A DNA stretch of 64,000 bases, from the NCBI GenBank assembly GCA_024704765.1, contig JAKMXF010000329.1:62001-126000 (forward strand). The letters are read 5' to 3'. Under the pieces are notes generated by a model. The model was not told where the DNA came from. It searched no databases and saw only the letters and a program-made list of their open reading frames with translations. Below are positions 61,808 through 64,000 of this stretch, piece after piece. A program made the position numbers and the translations under genes. Every line of letters begins with the position of its first letter. Position 1 is the stretch's first letter. This stretch comes from Oopsacas minuta (taxonomy: Eukaryota; Animalia; Porifera).

Positions 61808-64000
61808 CAGGCATGTAGCTACGGGGGGGGCAAGGGGGGGCGGTCGCCCCCCCGATAAATTTGGAAGTTTTGTTTTTATATACAATGTAGTTAGCTTATT
61901 AGTAATATTGCTCTATTAGCAACCAGCTTTCGGGTCCCAAACGGGATTATAATGTTAATTTCGTTACCCTATTAGCAACCAAATCTCTGCAAAATCCGAG
62001 TTGCTAATAAGCGAACTCCACTGTAATTAACAGCCCATGTACTTCAACTGCATCGTCAAAACTATGAAATTAATAACTCGCCTTGCGATGATGGTTTTAA
62101 TACTAGACAGGAAGTAACGCTCATTGATAGTAAACTTGTTCTATTTTGACAGGCACTGAATTTCTACTATAATTTTAATTGAATTACCACGACCGCTAGT
62201 AATTGTTGTCAGAAGTTAGACTGTCCATTGAAGTAATTGAAGCATTGGTGATGCTCTTAGGGTTTCAGTTTTCAAAGCTTGTTTTGAAATTTACACATGG
62301 GTGAAGTCAATTTCAGATATTCTCTATAAGTTATAAAGTCATTCTATATCATCAAATCTTTCACATTTTCTGTTCTTCAATCAGTTCAGTGACTCGTATC
62401 TCAAACAATCCTAGATGACTAAAAGACTACAACAAAGCAAAGTTCAGGCATATTTTAAAAGAAATCGAATAGAAATCGAAGATCATGTCGTCTCTTCAAA
62501 TTATGAGGAGGTAGAGCCTGTTGTTACGAGTCTTCAAGTTTCGACCCCTTTAACTTCCGATTCTTGTACAACTATTTCAACTCCAAGTTTAAACACGACT
62601 CATATACAATAATCAATTGTGACTGTAAATGATTTGTCCAAAAATGGTGAGAAACCGAGGCAACCTTCTATTATCTTCCCAAAAAATGAGGCCGGTAGAC
62701 ATTTTAGTACTCATTGGTATGCCCAATTCTCCTGGATAAAGTATAACAAAGAACTCGATGCTATATTTTGCCAACCGTGTCGGCTTTTTGGAGGATCAAC
62801 AGCTGAAGCAACTTTTTCAACAAAAGGACTTTGTGACTGGAGGAAACTTGGCGACAAGTGCAGGAAGCACGATAGTTCTGTGTGTCATATGGCAGCTGTT
62901 GAAACACAGAAAGTCTGGGCAATTCATCAAATAATAGGGACGGTAGATAAGCAACTGGATCCAAATTTTCGAAATGAGAAATTCATAGATGACAATCGGA
63001 AACATTTAATGACTGTTCTTGACATTATTACTTTTTGTGCCAAACAAGATATTCCTCTTCGAGGAGATGATGAATCAGATCAGTCGCTTAATAAAGGGAA
63101 CTTTCTTGAAATATTAGAACTTTTAGGAAAATATGATAGCAATGTGACCAAGAGGATAGAAAGTCTTCCAGGAAATGCAAAAATGCTAAGTCCAGATATT
63201 CAAAATGATTTGCTTACATCACTCGCTTCAGTGCTTCTAGACTATGTTAAAAGTGAAGTAGAAATCGCGTCTTGTTATGCTATTCTAGCTGACGAAGTAA
63301 AAGATGCATCTAAGAAGGAGTTGTTAGGTGCTTCTTTGCGATATATCCATAAAGGTAATGTCCGAGAAAGAGCTATTGGCTTTATTGAATTGAAGGACAT
63401 GGATGCGGGCACCATCTCTGAAAAACTGATAGAGCTACTTAAGCCTTTTGAGCTCGATCCTCTGAAATGTGTAGGGCAGGGTTACGACGGGGCTAGTGTT
63501 ATGTCAGGAATATACGGTGGTGTCCAAGCCCGCATGAAAGGAGCAGGTTATCGCAATGCCACATTTGTTCATTGTGCTTCACATAGGCTTAACTTAGTAT
63601 TAGCTGCAACTGCTGAACGACATCCTCTGATGAAATCTTCCTTTAATATATTGGATTTGACGTATTCGTTCATGAATGGAACAAAGCGACATGCAGTTTT
63701 CATAGACGTCCAGGATGAGCGCTATCCCAACGTCCAAGCTCTTGGACTTGCACGTTCATGTAGTACTCGTTGGTCTTCCCGTTCTTTGGAGGTGGAAAGG
63801 TTTCTGCGTCGGTTTGATTGCATACTTGATACTTTAAGCATATTTGGAAATGATAATGATGCAGACACAAGTTTAGCAGCTAAATCTTTACTAGGTAGTC
63901 TACAAACAAAGAAATTTATGACCATCTTAGTTTACTTTGGTAGGCTGTATGATTACTCTGATTTTTGCACTAAAGCTTTTCAGAAGTCGACAGCAACTGT
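61808..64000 (+). mobile_element. hAT transposon with ZMYM1-like transposase (from 62415), running off the window
   Basis: End CAGGCATGTAGC plus G-rich subterminus. One TAA at 62610, then apparently open: IFCQPCRLF, FCAKQDIPLRGDDE, YAILADEVKD, GQGYDGASVMSG, FVHCASHRLNLV, STRWSSR. Confidence 0.9.

Overview
AT-rich eukaryotic (probably invertebrate animal; taxon not determinable here) DNA that is mostly nested transposon sequence. Only one clearly intact host gene is present: an intronless STE24/ZMPSTE24 CAAX protease at 58390-59880 (-). Superfamilies recognised: hAT (several subgroups plus MITEs), Tc1/mariner (4 full-length copies plus a long-TIR MITE), Merlin, P, Ginger, Chapaev3, MULE, LINE remnants and two RAG1-like/Transib elements. 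Highlights: (1) Two diverged RAG1-like transposons (27988-31222 and 50822-53820) end in the V(D)J RSS heptamer CACAGTG and share an asymmetric bipartite end: heptamer + 7 bp + ATGnnGnAnTAGG at the 5' end, heptamer + 16 bp + the same 13-bp block at the 3' end. This resembles a 12/23-type rule, and neither element has a RAG2 partner. (2) A 6-kb Ginger element has a 7-exon DD35E integrase whose last exon encodes a USP-fold cysteine protease. (3) The 5.7-kb segment between two inverted near-identical mariners is inverted, as shown by split target-site duplications. All motif calls and alignments were made by eye; no database searches were run.
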